Shown: positions 26,657 to 36,805, numbered from the stretch's first letter. The stretch is 64,000 nt of DNA from Parcubacteria group bacterium (GCA_028286605.1 JAQBRE010000002.1:326011-390010); one strand, 5' to 3'. Numbers and translations are program-made. The notes: a model not told the origin generated them from the sequence alone.

Positions 26657-29116
26657 GTGTACAACAATATGCAAACAGAAACTGCTAAAACCGCGGTATC
26701 TGTCGCGCCTCACCCTAAGCGCTTTTCGTTCGACACGCTAGCCATATGGGCCCTCACGCTCACGATAGCTGTCGCAGCGATAGCGTTTATTCCGGTCGCG
26801 ACGATTCCGTTCCTTTATACGAAAGTGTCGATCATCGCCATCGGCGGTCTGATCGCACTCGTCCTCTTCGTGCTGGCACGCCTCACGCGTGGCAACATCA
26901 TCGTGCCTCCGATCGCACTGATCGGTGCGCTTTGGCTGGTGCCGCTTGCCTATGCGCTTTCGATGCTCTTCTCGGGTGTCGGAATCATGGCAGGCGCCTT
27001 CGGTATCGAGCTTGAACCGGATACGTTCGGCTTCATCCTCATACTGGCATCGTTCGCCACGCTTATCGCGTTGGTGTTCCGCCGCACGAATCATTACCGC
27101 ACCTTCTTTAAAGTCGGTGGGGTATTGCTCGCAATCACGCTTCTTTCGGAAGTTATCTTCGTTATCGTAGGTAAGCTTTCGCCAAGCACCGTCTCGCCGA
27201 CCGCGAACCTGATCGGATCCTTCACGGACCTCGGCATGGTGGTCGGTCTCGGCTTGATTTGCGCGCTCCTCGCTATTCGCTTCCTTGCGCTTACCTCGCG
27301 TGTTCGTATCGCGACGTGGGTGTTCGGAGCACTCGCGCTGTTCGTTCTTGCGTTGGTGAATGCGAAGCTTATCTGGATCCTCGTAACGCTCGTTGCGCTC
27401 GGCCTCTTCATCGAATCGATCATGAAGCGCCGTGGCCAGCCAGAAGATGAAGATCTTGATGGCGTGGCGACGCTTGAAGTGCCTACGGGTCGCGAAGCGA
27501 CCATGGGCGAATCACGCGCTCTTGCGCCTGCGCTCATAACTATCATCGTCGCCCTGTTCTTCATCATCGGCGGTAATACGATAGGCGCGGCGCTCTCGAA
27601 CGCGCTCGGTACTAACTTCATCGACGTGCATCCGTCTTGGCAGTCCACGCTCGCCGTTGGCAGCCACACGTACGCTTCTTCACCGCTCTTCGGATCGGGT
27701 CCTGGCACGTTCGGCGAACAGTGGCTCAAGTACCGTGATCCTTCGTTGAACGACACGATCTTCTGGAACGTAGACTTCAACTCAGGCATCGGCATGATCC
27801 CGACGTCATTCGTAACGACCGGTATTCTCGGCGTTCTTGCCTGGCTCGTCTTCATCGGCCTGTTCCTGTTCATCGGTATCCGCGCACTGCTATTCCGCAC
27901 GCCGGAAGACCCGTATGCTCGTTTCGTTTCTATCGCTTCGTTCGTCGGCAGCATCTATCTCTTCGTCGCGATGATCTTCTCGACGCCGGGGCCATTGGTA
28001 TTGCTCGTAGGTTTCTTCATGGTCGGCCTCTTCGTCTCGTCGCTTCGCTATAGCGGAACGCGTCGTGAATGGGGAATCGTCTTCGCGAAGAATCCGCGCG
28101 TCGGCTTCGTCATCGTGTTCGGTCTCACTATCCTGCTTCTGGCATCGGTGGTTGCGGCATACACGATCACTGAACGCTATCTCGCAGATGTTGCGTATGC
28201 AGACGGTTCTGCAGCGCTCGCGAAGGGTGACCTTACCGGAGCAGCGACCGATGTGAATCGCGCGCTTCTCTTCGCAAAGAACGATCGTACCTATCAGCTC
28301 GCTGCCGCTATCGGCATCGCGCAGATGAATAAGATCGCTGCAGACACGACGCTCGCACCGAGCGACGCCCAGCAGCAGTTCCAGGCAGCGCTTTCTTCCA
28401 GCATCCAGGCTGCGACGACGGCAGTGAACCTGGACGGAAAGAACTACCAGAACTGGGAAGCGCTCGCGTCTGTGTACCAGACCGTGGTGCCGCTCAATCT
28501 GAGCGGGGCATACGATAAGGCGAAGGACGCATACACGCATGCGATCGCGCTTAATCCTTCCAGCCCGGTTCTCCCGTACTCGCTCGCGCAGCTCGAAATC
28601 GCGCAGAAGAGTTACACAGCAGCGGAGACTGATCTCACGAATGCGATCAATCTGAAGCATGACTACACCGCCGCTATATTCCTCTTCTCGCAGCTCGAAG
28701 TGCAGCAAGGCAAGACGAAGGAAGCATTGCAGGCTGCAGAAGCTGCAGCAGTCTTCGCTCCGACTGATCCGAACGTACAGTTCCAGCTCGGCATACTTCG
28801 CTCGGGCAATGGAGACACGGACGGTTCTATCGTAGCGCTTATGGCAGCAGTGAAGGCGAATCCGCAGTATGCGAACGCGCTCTTCTTCCTCGCCGTTGAT
28901 TACGCGACTAAGAACGACTTTGCTGATGCGATTACGCAGCTCAATGCGATCGCAGCACTCTCACCAGCGAATGCGACCGCCGTAGCTCCAGACCTCGCGC
29001 AGCTCAAGGCTGGTAAGAATCCGTTCCCGCCTTCACGCCTCGGCGCGCTCGGCATCCCTCAGACTCCGATTCCAGACGCTACCAAGGCTCCTGCAACCGC
29101 AGCGAACCCAGGGTAG
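26657..29116 (+). CDS. Polytopic membrane protein (O-antigen-ligase/Wzy_C-like region) with C-terminal TPR repeats
   Basis: More than 10 TM helices, an extracytoplasmic loop GSGPGTFGEQW, and a C-terminal ~300 aa of TPR-like repeats. Adjacent to murJ. Confidence 0.5.
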   Translation: MYNNMQTETAKTAVSVAPHPKRFSFDTLAIWALTLTIAVAAIAFIPVATIPFLYTKVSIIAIGGLIALVLFVLARLTRGNIIVPPIALIGALWLVPLAYALSMLFSGVGIMAGAFGIELEPDTFGFILILASFATLIALVFRRTNHYRTFFKVGGVLLAITLLSEVIFVIVGKLSPSTVSPTANLIGSFTDLGMVVGLGLICALLAIRFLALTSRVRIATWVFGALALFVLALVNAKLIWILVTLVALGLFIESIMKRRGQPEDEDLDGVATLEVPTGREATMGESRALAPALITIIVALFFIIGGNTIGAALSNALGTNFIDVHPSWQSTLAVGSHTYASSPLFGSGPGTFGEQWLKYRDPSLNDTIFWNVDFNSGIGMIPTSFVTTGILGVLAWLVFIGLFLFIGIRALLFRTPEDPYARFVSIASFVGSIYLFVAMIFSTPGPLVLLVGFFMVGLFVSSLRYSGTRREWGIVFAKNPRVGFVIVFGLTILLLASVVAAYTITERYLADVAYADGSAALAKGDLTGAATDVNRALLFAKNDRTYQLAAAIGIAQMNKIAADTTLAPSDAQQQFQAALSSSIQAATTAVNLDGKNYQNWEALASVYQTVVPLNLSGAYDKAKDAYTHAIALNPSSPVLPYSLAQLEIAQKSYTAAETDLTNAINLKHDYTAAIFLFSQLEVQQGKTKEALQAAEAAAVFAPTDPNVQFQLGILRSGNGDTDGSIVALMAAVKANPQYANALFFLAVDYATKNDFADAITQLNAIAALSPANATAVAPDLAQLKAGKNPFPPSRLGALGIPQTPIPDATKAPATAANPG

Positions 29117-29128
29117 TACTATAGAGGA

Positions 29129-30811
29129 ATGGTTCGTGCATTTCTCTCGAAGCTAACAGCACCGGTACGCGGCCTGCATCAGGCCGCGTACTTGCTTGCC
29201 CTGCTGACGCTTGCATCGCAGATACTGGCGCTCGCTCGCGACCGCATATTCGCCCACACCTTCGGTGCGGGCGAAGTGCTGGACATGTACTACGCAGCGT
29301 TCAAGATTCCGGATCTGGTCTTCGCGATCGTCGCATCGCTCGTATCCGCATACGTGCTCATACCGCGCATCAGCGGCATGGATACGAAAGCTGCACGCAA
29401 GCTGCTCTCTGAAACCTCCTCATTCCTGATCATCGCAGGAGGTATCGTCTGCATCTTGCTTGCAGTCTTCGCACCCTTGTATCTGTTCCTGCTGTTCCCG
29501 ACGTTCGCGCATTCCGTGAACGCGCCAAGCTTCGTGATGCTCGTGCGCATCCTGCTGCTGCAGCCGATACTGCTGGGCCTCTCCGGCATCCTTGGCAGCG
29601 TTACGCAGATTAAGCGCCGCTTCGTTCTGTTCGCGCTTTCACCCGTGCTGTATAACCTGGGCATCATCCTGGGAACGGTGTTCCTGTATCCGAAGTTCGG
29701 CATCCTTGGAATCGGCGCGGGTGTCGTGATAGGAGCCATAGCTCACTTGTCATTGAATATTCCGATAGCGATAAATGCTGGCCTCATGCCGCGCCCGACT
29801 ATTCCATCGGTCAAGACGATTCTATCTGTAGTGCGCAGCTCTGTACCGCGTTCGCTCGCGCTTGGCATGGGAACCGTAACGACACTCGGCTTGCTTTCGC
29901 TCTCGAGCCGCCTGGGCGCAGGTTCGGTCTCGGTGTTTACGCTCGCTGGAAACTTGGAAGCCGTGCCGCTTTCGCTTATTGGTGCGGCATATGCAACGGC
30001 TGCATTTCCGGTTCTTGCGGAACAGCATGGAAAGGGAGAGAAGGATGCATTCCAATCCACTATAGGCGCTGCGGCGCGGCAGATAATCCTTTGGTCTTCG
30101 GTTATTCTCGTGCTCACGGTCGTACTGCGCGCACAGATAGTACGCGTGGTGCTTGGTTCGGGTGCCTTCGACTGGAACGCGACGCGCCTCACCGCAGCGA
30201 TCCTTGGCATCATGGTGCTTTCACTCATGGCGCAAGGAATCATCCTGCTTGCGGCGCGCGCCTTCTATGCGGCGCACCGTTCGTGGAATCCGCTTTTGGT
30301 GCAGCTTGCAGACTGCGGCATATCGGTAGCGAGCGCATGGGGCTTGGTACGGCTCGGTCAGGATGTGCCGATGGTGCGGTACTTCATCGAATCGCTCTTC
30401 CGCGTAAGCGATGTGCCTGGCGCACAGATATTGTTCGTTGCCTGTGGCTTCACGATAGGGCAGCTGATTATGGGTCTCGTCGCGCTTATAACGCTGCGTA
30501 CGGTTGCGCCCGGAACGGCGAGCAAGCTCATTCGCCCGATACTGGAATCATTCGGGGCGGCGCTCCTAGGAGGTACTGCGGCTTATGGCGCCCTCGCGCT
30601 GATGGGTAACATCGCGCCGCTCACGAAGCTCTACTACGTGGTTGCGGAGGGCGCTGTGGCTGGTATGGTAGGTCTAGCAGTGGCTTGTGCCGTGCTTTCC
30701 TTGCTTCAGAATCAGGAAATGCGCGAAGTCTGGAGCGCTCTTGCGAAGCTTCGCAACTTGCGCCCGCTCAAGCCCTACGCACCCATAAGCAATGACCAAA
30801 CCAATCCGTAA
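29129..30811 (+). CDS. murJ: Lipid II flippase MurJ (MviN)
   Basis: N-terminal LASQILALARDRIFAHTFGAGEVLDMYYAAFKIPDL signature. 14 TM. 560 aa. Confidence 0.85.
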   Translation: MVRAFLSKLTAPVRGLHQAAYLLALLTLASQILALARDRIFAHTFGAGEVLDMYYAAFKIPDLVFAIVASLVSAYVLIPRISGMDTKAARKLLSETSSFLIIAGGIVCILLAVFAPLYLFLLFPTFAHSVNAPSFVMLVRILLLQPILLGLSGILGSVTQIKRRFVLFALSPVLYNLGIILGTVFLYPKFGILGIGAGVVIGAIAHLSLNIPIAINAGLMPRPTIPSVKTILSVVRSSVPRSLALGMGTVTTLGLLSLSSRLGAGSVSVFTLAGNLEAVPLSLIGAAYATAAFPVLAEQHGKGEKDAFQSTIGAAARQIILWSSVILVLTVVLRAQIVRVVLGSGAFDWNATRLTAAILGIMVLSLMAQGIILLAARAFYAAHRSWNPLLVQLADCGISVASAWGLVRLGQDVPMVRYFIESLFRVSDVPGAQILFVACGFTIGQLIMGLVALITLRTVAPGTASKLIRPILESFGAALLGGTAAYGALALMGNIAPLTKLYYVVAEGAVAGMVGLAVACAVLSLLQNQEMREVWSALAKLRNLRPLKPYAPISNDQTNP

Positions 30812-32597
30812 TTTCAGCATCATCGCCCATATCGACCACGGAAAGTCTACGCTTGCAGACCGTATGTTGGAGCGTACCGGTACGATTGAAGCGCGAAAGA
30901 TGCGTGATCAGGTGCTCGACAAGATGGACCTTGAACGCGAGCGCGGCATCACTATCAAGATGCAGCCAGCTCGCATGCAATACAAGGCGAAGGATGGAAC
31001 TGAGTTCATTCTGAATCTTATCGATACGCCCGGGCACATCGACTTTGCGTATGAAGTGTCACGTGCGCTTTCCGCAGTTGAAGGCGTGATTCTTCTCGTG
31101 GATTCCACGCAGGGCGTGCAGGCACAGACACTCACGACGCTCGGTATGGCGAAGGCTGCGGGCTGCGTGATCATTCCGGTGATATCGAAGATAGACGCGC
31201 CTGCGGCGCGTCCTGAAGAAGTCTCCATGGAGCTCGCAGAACTCCTAGGCGTTGATATCGATACGGTGATGGCTGTTTCTGGCCGCACCGGCGAAGGAGT
31301 TGAGGCTCTTCTTGAAGAGATCATTCGGTTGGTACCAGCACCGCGTGCGAGCGAATCTGGCACAAGCGGTGATGCGCGCGCGCTCATTTTCGACTTTTCC
31401 TATTCAACGCATCGCGGTATCGCCGTGTATGCGCGCGTTTTCGATGGCACCCTTAAGAAAGGGGATCTGCTTCGCTTCGCTGCAGCAGGCACACGCTTCA
31501 CTGCGCTTGAAACAGGAATCTTCATGCCGGACGAAACGCCCACAGAAACGCTTTCCGCAGGCGAAATCGGCTACATCGTTACGGGAGTGAAGGAGGCAGG
31601 CGTTGTGGCGGTGGGTGACACAATCTACTCAGACCGGGCAAATATCGAACCGCTTGCGGGCTTCGACCGCCCGCGCCCCGTGGTATGGGCATCGGTGTAT
31701 CCAGAAAGCCAGGATGACCTTACGGCACTTCGTCAGGCGCTTGAACGACTTCGCCTTTCTGATTCTTCGCTTTCTTTCGAAGAGGAATCATCTGGCGTGC
31801 TCGGTCGCGGCTTCCGCTGTGGTTTCCTCGGCATGCTCCACTTGGAAATCGTTACCGAGCGCCTGAAGCGCGAGTTCAATCTTTCCCTCATTGTAACCAT
31901 TCCGACCATTGCCTACAGCGTTACCGATAAGAACGGAAAGAAGGAAACGGTATACACGCCGTCGAAATTCCCTATGTTCGGCGATATCAGCATGATTGAA
32001 GAGCCGTGGGTGAAGGTGGTGCTTATCACGCCACAGGAATCTCTCTCGGGAATGATCCAACTTTTCCATGATCACGAAGGCGCGGTGATGGACACATCGA
32101 CACACCTTGATGGTCGTATTGAGCTCACTGCCGAGATGCCTCTTCGCGAGCTTATGCGCGGTTTCTTCGACCGCGTGAAGAACGTTTCTTCGGGCTACGC
32201 ATCCCTTTCATACGAATTCCTTGATGAACGCGCGGCAGATGTCGTTAAGCTTGAAATATACGTTGCCGAAGAGCCAGTGCCTGCATTTGCGCGCGTGGTA
32301 TCGCGCCGCCGCGTCGTAACGGATGGCGAGAAGATGGTGGAGAAGCTGCACGAGATACTTCCGCGACAGATGTTCGTATTGAAGATTCAGGCGCACGCGC
32401 TCGGCCGCATCGTGGCATCGAAATCAATCTCCGCGCTGCGCAAGGATGTTACGGGATATTTGTATGGTGGCGACATTACCCGCCGCATGAAGTTGCTGGA
32501 AAAGCAGAAGAAGGGAAAGAAGCGCCGCGGCGCGCACGCCAAGATGGAAATCCCGCAGGAGGTATATCAGAAGATGGTACAAGATAGCGGGCAGTAA
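30792..32597 (+). CDS. lepA: Elongation factor 4 (LepA)
   Basis: IRNFSIIAHIDHGKSTLADR G-domain and the LepA-specific C-terminal domain. 601 aa. Confidence 0.95.
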   Translation: MTKPIRNFSIIAHIDHGKSTLADRMLERTGTIEARKMRDQVLDKMDLERERGITIKMQPARMQYKAKDGTEFILNLIDTPGHIDFAYEVSRALSAVEGVILLVDSTQGVQAQTLTTLGMAKAAGCVIIPVISKIDAPAARPEEVSMELAELLGVDIDTVMAVSGRTGEGVEALLEEIIRLVPAPRASESGTSGDARALIFDFSYSTHRGIAVYARVFDGTLKKGDLLRFAAAGTRFTALETGIFMPDETPTETLSAGEIGYIVTGVKEAGVVAVGDTIYSDRANIEPLAGFDRPRPVVWASVYPESQDDLTALRQALERLRLSDSSLSFEEESSGVLGRGFRCGFLGMLHLEIVTERLKREFNLSLIVTIPTIAYSVTDKNGKKETVYTPSKFPMFGDISMIEEPWVKVVLITPQESLSGMIQLFHDHEGAVMDTSTHLDGRIELTAEMPLRELMRGFFDRVKNVSSGYASLSYEFLDERAADVVKLEIYVAEEPVPAFARVVSRRRVVTDGEKMVEKLHEILPRQMFVLKIQAHALGRIVASKSISALRKDVTGYLYGGDITRRMKLLEKQKKGKKRRGAHAKMEIPQEVYQKMVQDSGQ

Positions 32598-32628
32598 CCT
32601 GCGCGCCGCCGCTTGCTATACTAGTTCA

Positions 32629-32982
32629 ATGGCAAGAAGGAGAGTCGTACCTGTTAAGGAATATCTGATCGCGGCAGCGCTCGCGCTCGCGCTGGTATGG
32701 CTCGCATTTCTTACGTTCGGTATCGCACGTAAGGAAGAGATCGCGCGTCATGCCGTGCAAGATACGCAGGCACAGCTCGCGCAGCTTAATGCACGTCGCG
32801 GAACGCTCCAGCAGAACATCAATGACCTTTCCACCCAGCGCGGCCAGGAAGCGGTGATGCGCCAGACGTACGGCGTTGCGAAACCGGGGGAGGAAGTCAT
32901 CATCGTGGTGCCTCCTAAGACGCCTCCGCCCGCACCGAAGCTCTCGTGGTACCAGAAGCTTTTGGTCTGGTTCGGACTTTAA
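32629..32982 (+). CDS. Septum formation initiator (FtsB/DivIC-like) protein
   Basis: N-terminal TM and a coiled-coil (LAQLNARRGTLQQNINDLSTQ). 117 aa. Confidence 0.5.
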   Translation: MARRRVVPVKEYLIAAALALALVWLAFLTFGIARKEEIARHAVQDTQAQLAQLNARRGTLQQNINDLSTQRGQEAVMRQTYGVAKPGEEVIIVVPPKTPPPAPKLSWYQKLLVWFGL

Positions 32983-33002
32983 TTCACGAGATGATATAAT
33001 CT

Positions 33003-33248
33003 ATGCATATGGACAAGAACATCACTATCTACAGCACCCCGACGTGTCACTTTTGCCAGATGACTAAGGAATTCCTTACGGAGCACAATATTCCTTACAC
33101 GGAATTCAACGTTGCTGCCGATATGGAGAAGCGCCAGGAAATGATCGAGAAGAGCGGCCAGATGGGCGTACCGGTTATTACCATCGGCGACGATCTCATC
33201 GTCGGATTCGACAAAGCGAAGCTTTCAGCGCTCGTTGGCGTTGCGTAA
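33003..33248 (+). CDS. Glutaredoxin-like protein (NrdH/YruB type)
   Basis: TIYSTPTCHFCQ CxxC thioredoxin-fold motif, then GVPVI. 81 aa. Confidence 0.75.
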   Translation: MHMDKNITIYSTPTCHFCQMTKEFLTEHNIPYTEFNVAADMEKRQEMIEKSGQMGVPVITIGDDLIVGFDKAKLSALVGVA

Positions 33249-33263
33249 CTGACGCGAAAAAGT

Positions 33264-33298
33264 AAAAACAGCCCCGACCTCCGGTCGGGGCTGTTTTT
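33264..33298 (+). terminator. Rho-independent terminator after the glutaredoxin gene
   Basis: 16 bp stem aaaaacagccccgacc / ggtcggggctgttttt. Confidence 0.65.
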
Positions 33299-33317
33299 AT
33301 GCTACGCTCGCAGTATC

Positions 33318-33389
33318 GTCCTCGTAGTTCAATGGATAGAACTCCGCACTCCTAACGCGGGAACCCAAGTTCGACTCTTGGCGAGGACA
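33318..33389 (+). tRNA. tRNA-Arg (anticodon CCT). CCA not encoded.
   Basis: Acceptor GTCCTCG/CGAGGAC, D-stem GTTC/GAAC, anticodon loop CTCCTAA, T-arm CCAAG-TTCGACT-CTTGG. There is one A-C mismatch at 31-39. Confidence 0.7.
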
Positions 33390-33435
33390 CCTGGAAGAGA
33401 AAAGTACCGATTTTCCCTGTGGTACGATATTTACA

Positions 33436-35295
33436 ATGGCTGATGAGAAGCTCCTAGAGCAGATACTTAAAGAGCGCGGTGCGGGAAAATCTGAAGAAGC
33501 CCTCCATGAGGAACTGAAGAAAGATGGGTGGCCTGAAGCGGACATTTACGGCGCATTTGCGGTGGCGAAGTTGCGCAGCAACCCCATGACCGCATCACGT
33601 CTTGCGCCCCCTGCGGTAGCGCCGCGCCGATCTAAGGGCAATCTGGTTTTCCAGATACTCATCGTTATCGTCCTGCTGGTTTCGGCACCGGCAGTATTCG
33701 GCTTCGTTACGGGTACGGTGCTTCCTGCGATCACCGCTCAGGCGAACGGTACCGCGACCAGCACGAGCCTCGCTACGCTCGGCCAATCCATCTTCGGTAT
33801 CGTGCCGCTCATTCCGGTAAAAGGTTCAGGTACGGGCTCGATCTTTTCGGCTCCTGCATCGAAATCAAGCGGATCGAGCGCGGCGGTATCGCACTCAACC
33901 ATAACTACGCAACCGACCGCGGCCACTCCTGCGCCTAACGCGGGGGCACCGATAACGACACAGACGCAAACCACTGTGCCGGTCGTAACAACGACGCAGA
34001 CCCCATTTTCTGTCCCTGATCAAGCGCCTGTCGTTACAGTTCCAAATCCTGTTGTTCCTGTTACTCCAGTCGTCACACCGCCCGTTGTACCGGTTGTACC
34101 AGTAACTCCTGTAACCCCGGTCGTACCCGTGGTGCCGGTCGTTCCTCCTGTCGCATCGCTCGCAACGGCGACAGATACGCCAAGCTTGCTTAAGGCATTG
34201 AAGGCGGCAAAGCCCGGCGACACTATTACGCTCGCTTCGAATACCTATTCAGGGCTTGGCACTATTGCAAACCTGAATTTCTCTTCACCCGTAACTGTTA
34301 CGTCGTACGATACGAGCCACAAGGCGATTCTTACGAATTTCAGCATGATGCGCGTTAACGGTCTAAGCTTCACCAACCTCGAATTCAGCAACCAAACTCC
34401 TACAGCATTTACGGTGAACACCTCGAGCTCGCAGAATATACGATTTGATTCCGATTATATCCACGGCTCGCTGGATGGTAATTCTGATGATGATGGCGGA
34501 GGTCTCGGCTTCCTTGATACCTCAAACGTAACGGTTTCGAATTCAACTCTTGAACAGCTTCGCCAGGGTATCAGCAACGGCGCTAATGTTACGCCAAGCG
34601 TTTCGAACATAACGATCACGGGAAATACTATAAAGGGAATGGAGAAGAGCGGTATGGTATTTGCAGGCGCAAGTAATGTTACGGTTACAGGAAACTCAAT
34701 AAGCGATATTGAGGTAGTACCTCCCGATCACCCGGATGGCATGCAGTTCTTCACGACCGGTACGACCGTTGCTGCGCATGACATTACCGTTGCGAATAAT
34801 GTGATCGTTAAAGGAAAGGGGCAGGCGGCGCAGGGCATTTTCTTCCGGGATCAGGTTGGAACGCTGCCATATCAGAATGTGCACATAGACAACAACCTTA
34901 TTATTGATACGGGATATGGCGGCGTGTATGCGGAAGGAGTCGGCTCAGGTGAATTGAGTGGTAACTTCCTTACCTCTGAACCAGGCTCAACAAACAATAC
35001 CTTCTTCTTGGTTCAGAACGGAGGTACTATTGCCGCAACTAATAACACTGCAACGGCAATCAGCTTTGATAATGTCACGAATCTTACGCAGTCGGGTAAC
35101 GCGACCACTACTCCGGTAACAGACCAAGGCTTGCAGGCGATGCGCGACTGGTCACAGAGCCATCCCGCAAGCGCAGCGCAGCTCGCGCCTTTCATCGGAG
35201 CGCTCAGCATCGCTGATTCCCATAGCATGCTTGCTTCGGCCGAAGCAGCCCTCGCCTCTGCACTGCACTATCTTTTGGGTCTGTTGCGATTGTAA
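33436..35295 (+). CDS. Single-pass membrane protein with a ~45 aa cytoplasmic N-domain, TM, Pro/Thr/Val-rich linker and extracellular right-handed parallel beta-helix domain (paralog of 44384..46483)
   Basis: The N-domain EKLLEQILKERGAGKSEEALHEELKKDGWPEADIYGAFAVAK aligns with the N-terminus of the 44384..46483 protein. TM NLVFQILIVIVLLVSAPAVFGF. Linker PVVPVTPVVTPPVVPVVP. PbH1-like repeats (ITITGNTI, VTVTGNSI, ITVANNVI). Confidence 0.6.
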   Translation: MADEKLLEQILKERGAGKSEEALHEELKKDGWPEADIYGAFAVAKLRSNPMTASRLAPPAVAPRRSKGNLVFQILIVIVLLVSAPAVFGFVTGTVLPAITAQANGTATSTSLATLGQSIFGIVPLIPVKGSGTGSIFSAPASKSSGSSAAVSHSTITTQPTAATPAPNAGAPITTQTQTTVPVVTTTQTPFSVPDQAPVVTVPNPVVPVTPVVTPPVVPVVPVTPVTPVVPVVPVVPPVASLATATDTPSLLKALKAAKPGDTITLASNTYSGLGTIANLNFSSPVTVTSYDTSHKAILTNFSMMRVNGLSFTNLEFSNQTPTAFTVNTSSSQNIRFDSDYIHGSLDGNSDDDGGGLGFLDTSNVTVSNSTLEQLRQGISNGANVTPSVSNITITGNTIKGMEKSGMVFAGASNVTVTGNSISDIEVVPPDHPDGMQFFTTGTTVAAHDITVANNVIVKGKGQAAQGIFFRDQVGTLPYQNVHIDNNLIIDTGYGGVYAEGVGSGELSGNFLTSEPGSTNNTFFLVQNGGTIAATNNTATAISFDNVTNLTQSGNATTTPVTDQGLQAMRDWSQSHPASAAQLAPFIGALSIADSHSMLASAEAALASALHYLLGLLRL

Positions 35296-35339
35296 GAATC
35301 GTAAAAGCGGCCCGTCTGCATATAATATAATTAAGCGAT

Positions 35340-35849
35340 ATGAATAAAACGAACTGGATTATCGCGATACTCGTAGGTATTGCGTTCGTGTGCACACTTA
35401 TTACGTATGCGGAAAGCCTTCATACTATGCCGGAAGCGCCGGCCGCTCCTGTGATTTCAACGACGACACAAACGAAACCGGTATCTACAACCCACACGCA
35501 GCCATCTTCCGGAGGAATTCTTATCCACACATTTGGCGATGTAACGCTTTCAGTAGGACAGACGGCAAAATTCAGCGATGTAACTATCGTGCCAGTAAGT
35601 ATCGATCAAGACAGTCGTTGCCCGCTCGGAACACTCTGTACGGTAGGATTCCAGGCAGGAACCGTAGAAGTTTCTACTCGTATTACTTCAGCTTCAGGTA
35701 CCCTCATACAAACGCTCGCACTAGGGAAGTCATTTACCATAGGTCATGATGTTATTACCCTTACGGGAGTAGAACCTGTAAAGCGTCGAGAGACGACCAT
35801 TCCTCAATCAAGCTACCAGCTGACCTTCAGTGTGGAACCGACTTCATAG
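35340..35849 (+). CDS. Hypothetical lipoprotein/secreted protein (169 aa)
   Basis: Signal peptide with Cys (IAFVCTLITYA), a Thr-rich linker, and a ~100 aa beta-rich domain with 2 Cys. Confidence 0.4.
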   Translation: MNKTNWIIAILVGIAFVCTLITYAESLHTMPEAPAAPVISTTTQTKPVSTTHTQPSSGGILIHTFGDVTLSVGQTAKFSDVTIVPVSIDQDSRCPLGTLCTVGFQAGTVEVSTRITSASGTLIQTLALGKSFTIGHDVITLTGVEPVKRRETTIPQSSYQLTFSVEPTS

Positions 35850-35917
35850 CTCTTGCGTGAAAAACCGAGTGGTATACTTAGGACATACCAAACTAGAAGG
35901 ATATATTCCCGCACACC

Positions 35918-36346
35918 ATGAAAACGATGATTCACCGCACCAGCCGCGCATTCTATGATCCTTCGCTCGGCATCTTCCTTATCCGCCTGATGGTTGGTCT
36001 TGTCTTTCTTTCGCATGGATGGGGCAAGGTAGTAGCGCTTTCGGCAACCATGATGATGTTCGTGCATCTTGGCATGTGGCCCGTCGTCGGCGTCTTCATC
36101 GGATGGCTCGAAGTGGTCGGCGGTCTCGCGCTTGTCCTTGGCGTCGCGACTCGTTTCTTCGGCATCCTGTTCGCGATCGAGATGCTCGTCGCAGCTATCC
36201 TTATCGGCGTTTCTCACGGCTTCGGCGCGGTTGAGTTCGAACTCCTCCTCGCCGTCTGTTCGCTCGGCATCGTCTTCATCGGTTCAGGCAAGTACTCTAT
36301 ATACAAGATGGAGCGTCACCTGAATCCAGACGTCGCAGCCGCATAA
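35918..36346 (+). CDS. DoxX family membrane protein
   Basis: LIRLMVGLVFLSHGWGKV motif and 4 TM. 142 aa. Confidence 0.75.
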   Translation: MKTMIHRTSRAFYDPSLGIFLIRLMVGLVFLSHGWGKVVALSATMMMFVHLGMWPVVGVFIGWLEVVGGLALVLGVATRFFGILFAIEMLVAAILIGVSHGFGAVEFELLLAVCSLGIVFIGSGKYSIYKMERHLNPDVAAA

Positions 36347-36355
36347 TATTCGTTC

Positions 36356-36688
36356 ATGCCCGAAGGGAGCGAAAGCGAATCAGAGATATTCGAACGGTTA
36401 GACGTATTGTCTGATCTTATCGAAGAGAATATAAAGCTCGCGCACGATACGAACCGTATCGTGCGCGACATGCGACGTACCGGGCGCATCGCGTTCTGGT
36501 TCAAAGTGATCCTGTGGATCATCGTGCTCGGTCTGCCGCTCCTGTTCATCGGGCCGATCATGCAGTACTTCACCGCGCTCACCGGGTACTCGATTCCGGC
36601 CGGTACGAGCGCCTTCGGCATACCTTCCAGCACCCAGATACAGCAGGCCGTAACGGAGTTCAAGGCGAAGAATACGGCTACGCCGTAA
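36356..36688 (+). CDS. Hypothetical small membrane protein (110 aa)
   Basis: Acidic N-terminus, then a single TM (FWFKVILWIIVLGLPLLFIGPI). Confidence 0.35.
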   Translation: MPEGSESESEIFERLDVLSDLIEENIKLAHDTNRIVRDMRRTGRIAFWFKVILWIIVLGLPLLFIGPIMQYFTALTGYSIPAGTSAFGIPSSTQIQQAVTEFKAKNTATP

Positions 36689-36728
36689 AGGTGAAATACG
36701 GCCCCTGCTATGGTAGGATAGCCGTATT

Positions 36729-36801
36729 GCTTGGGTAGCTCAGTTGGTAGAGCGCTTCCCTGAAGAGGAAGATGTCCCCGGTTCGAATCCGGGCCCAAGC
36801 A
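36729..36801 (+). tRNA. tRNA-Phe (anticodon GAA). CCA not encoded.
   Basis: GCTTGGG-TA-GCTC-AGTTGGTA-GAGC-G-CTTCC-CTGAAGA-GGAAG-ATGTC-CCCGG-TTCGAAT-CCGGG-CCCAAGC-A. Confidence 0.9.
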
Positions 36802-36805
36802 CCTG

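Noticed and set aside
33297-33545. 82 aa minus-strand ORF overlapping tRNA-Arg
   Set aside because: It covers a tRNA gene and the start of the well-supported plus-strand membrane protein. It is spurious.
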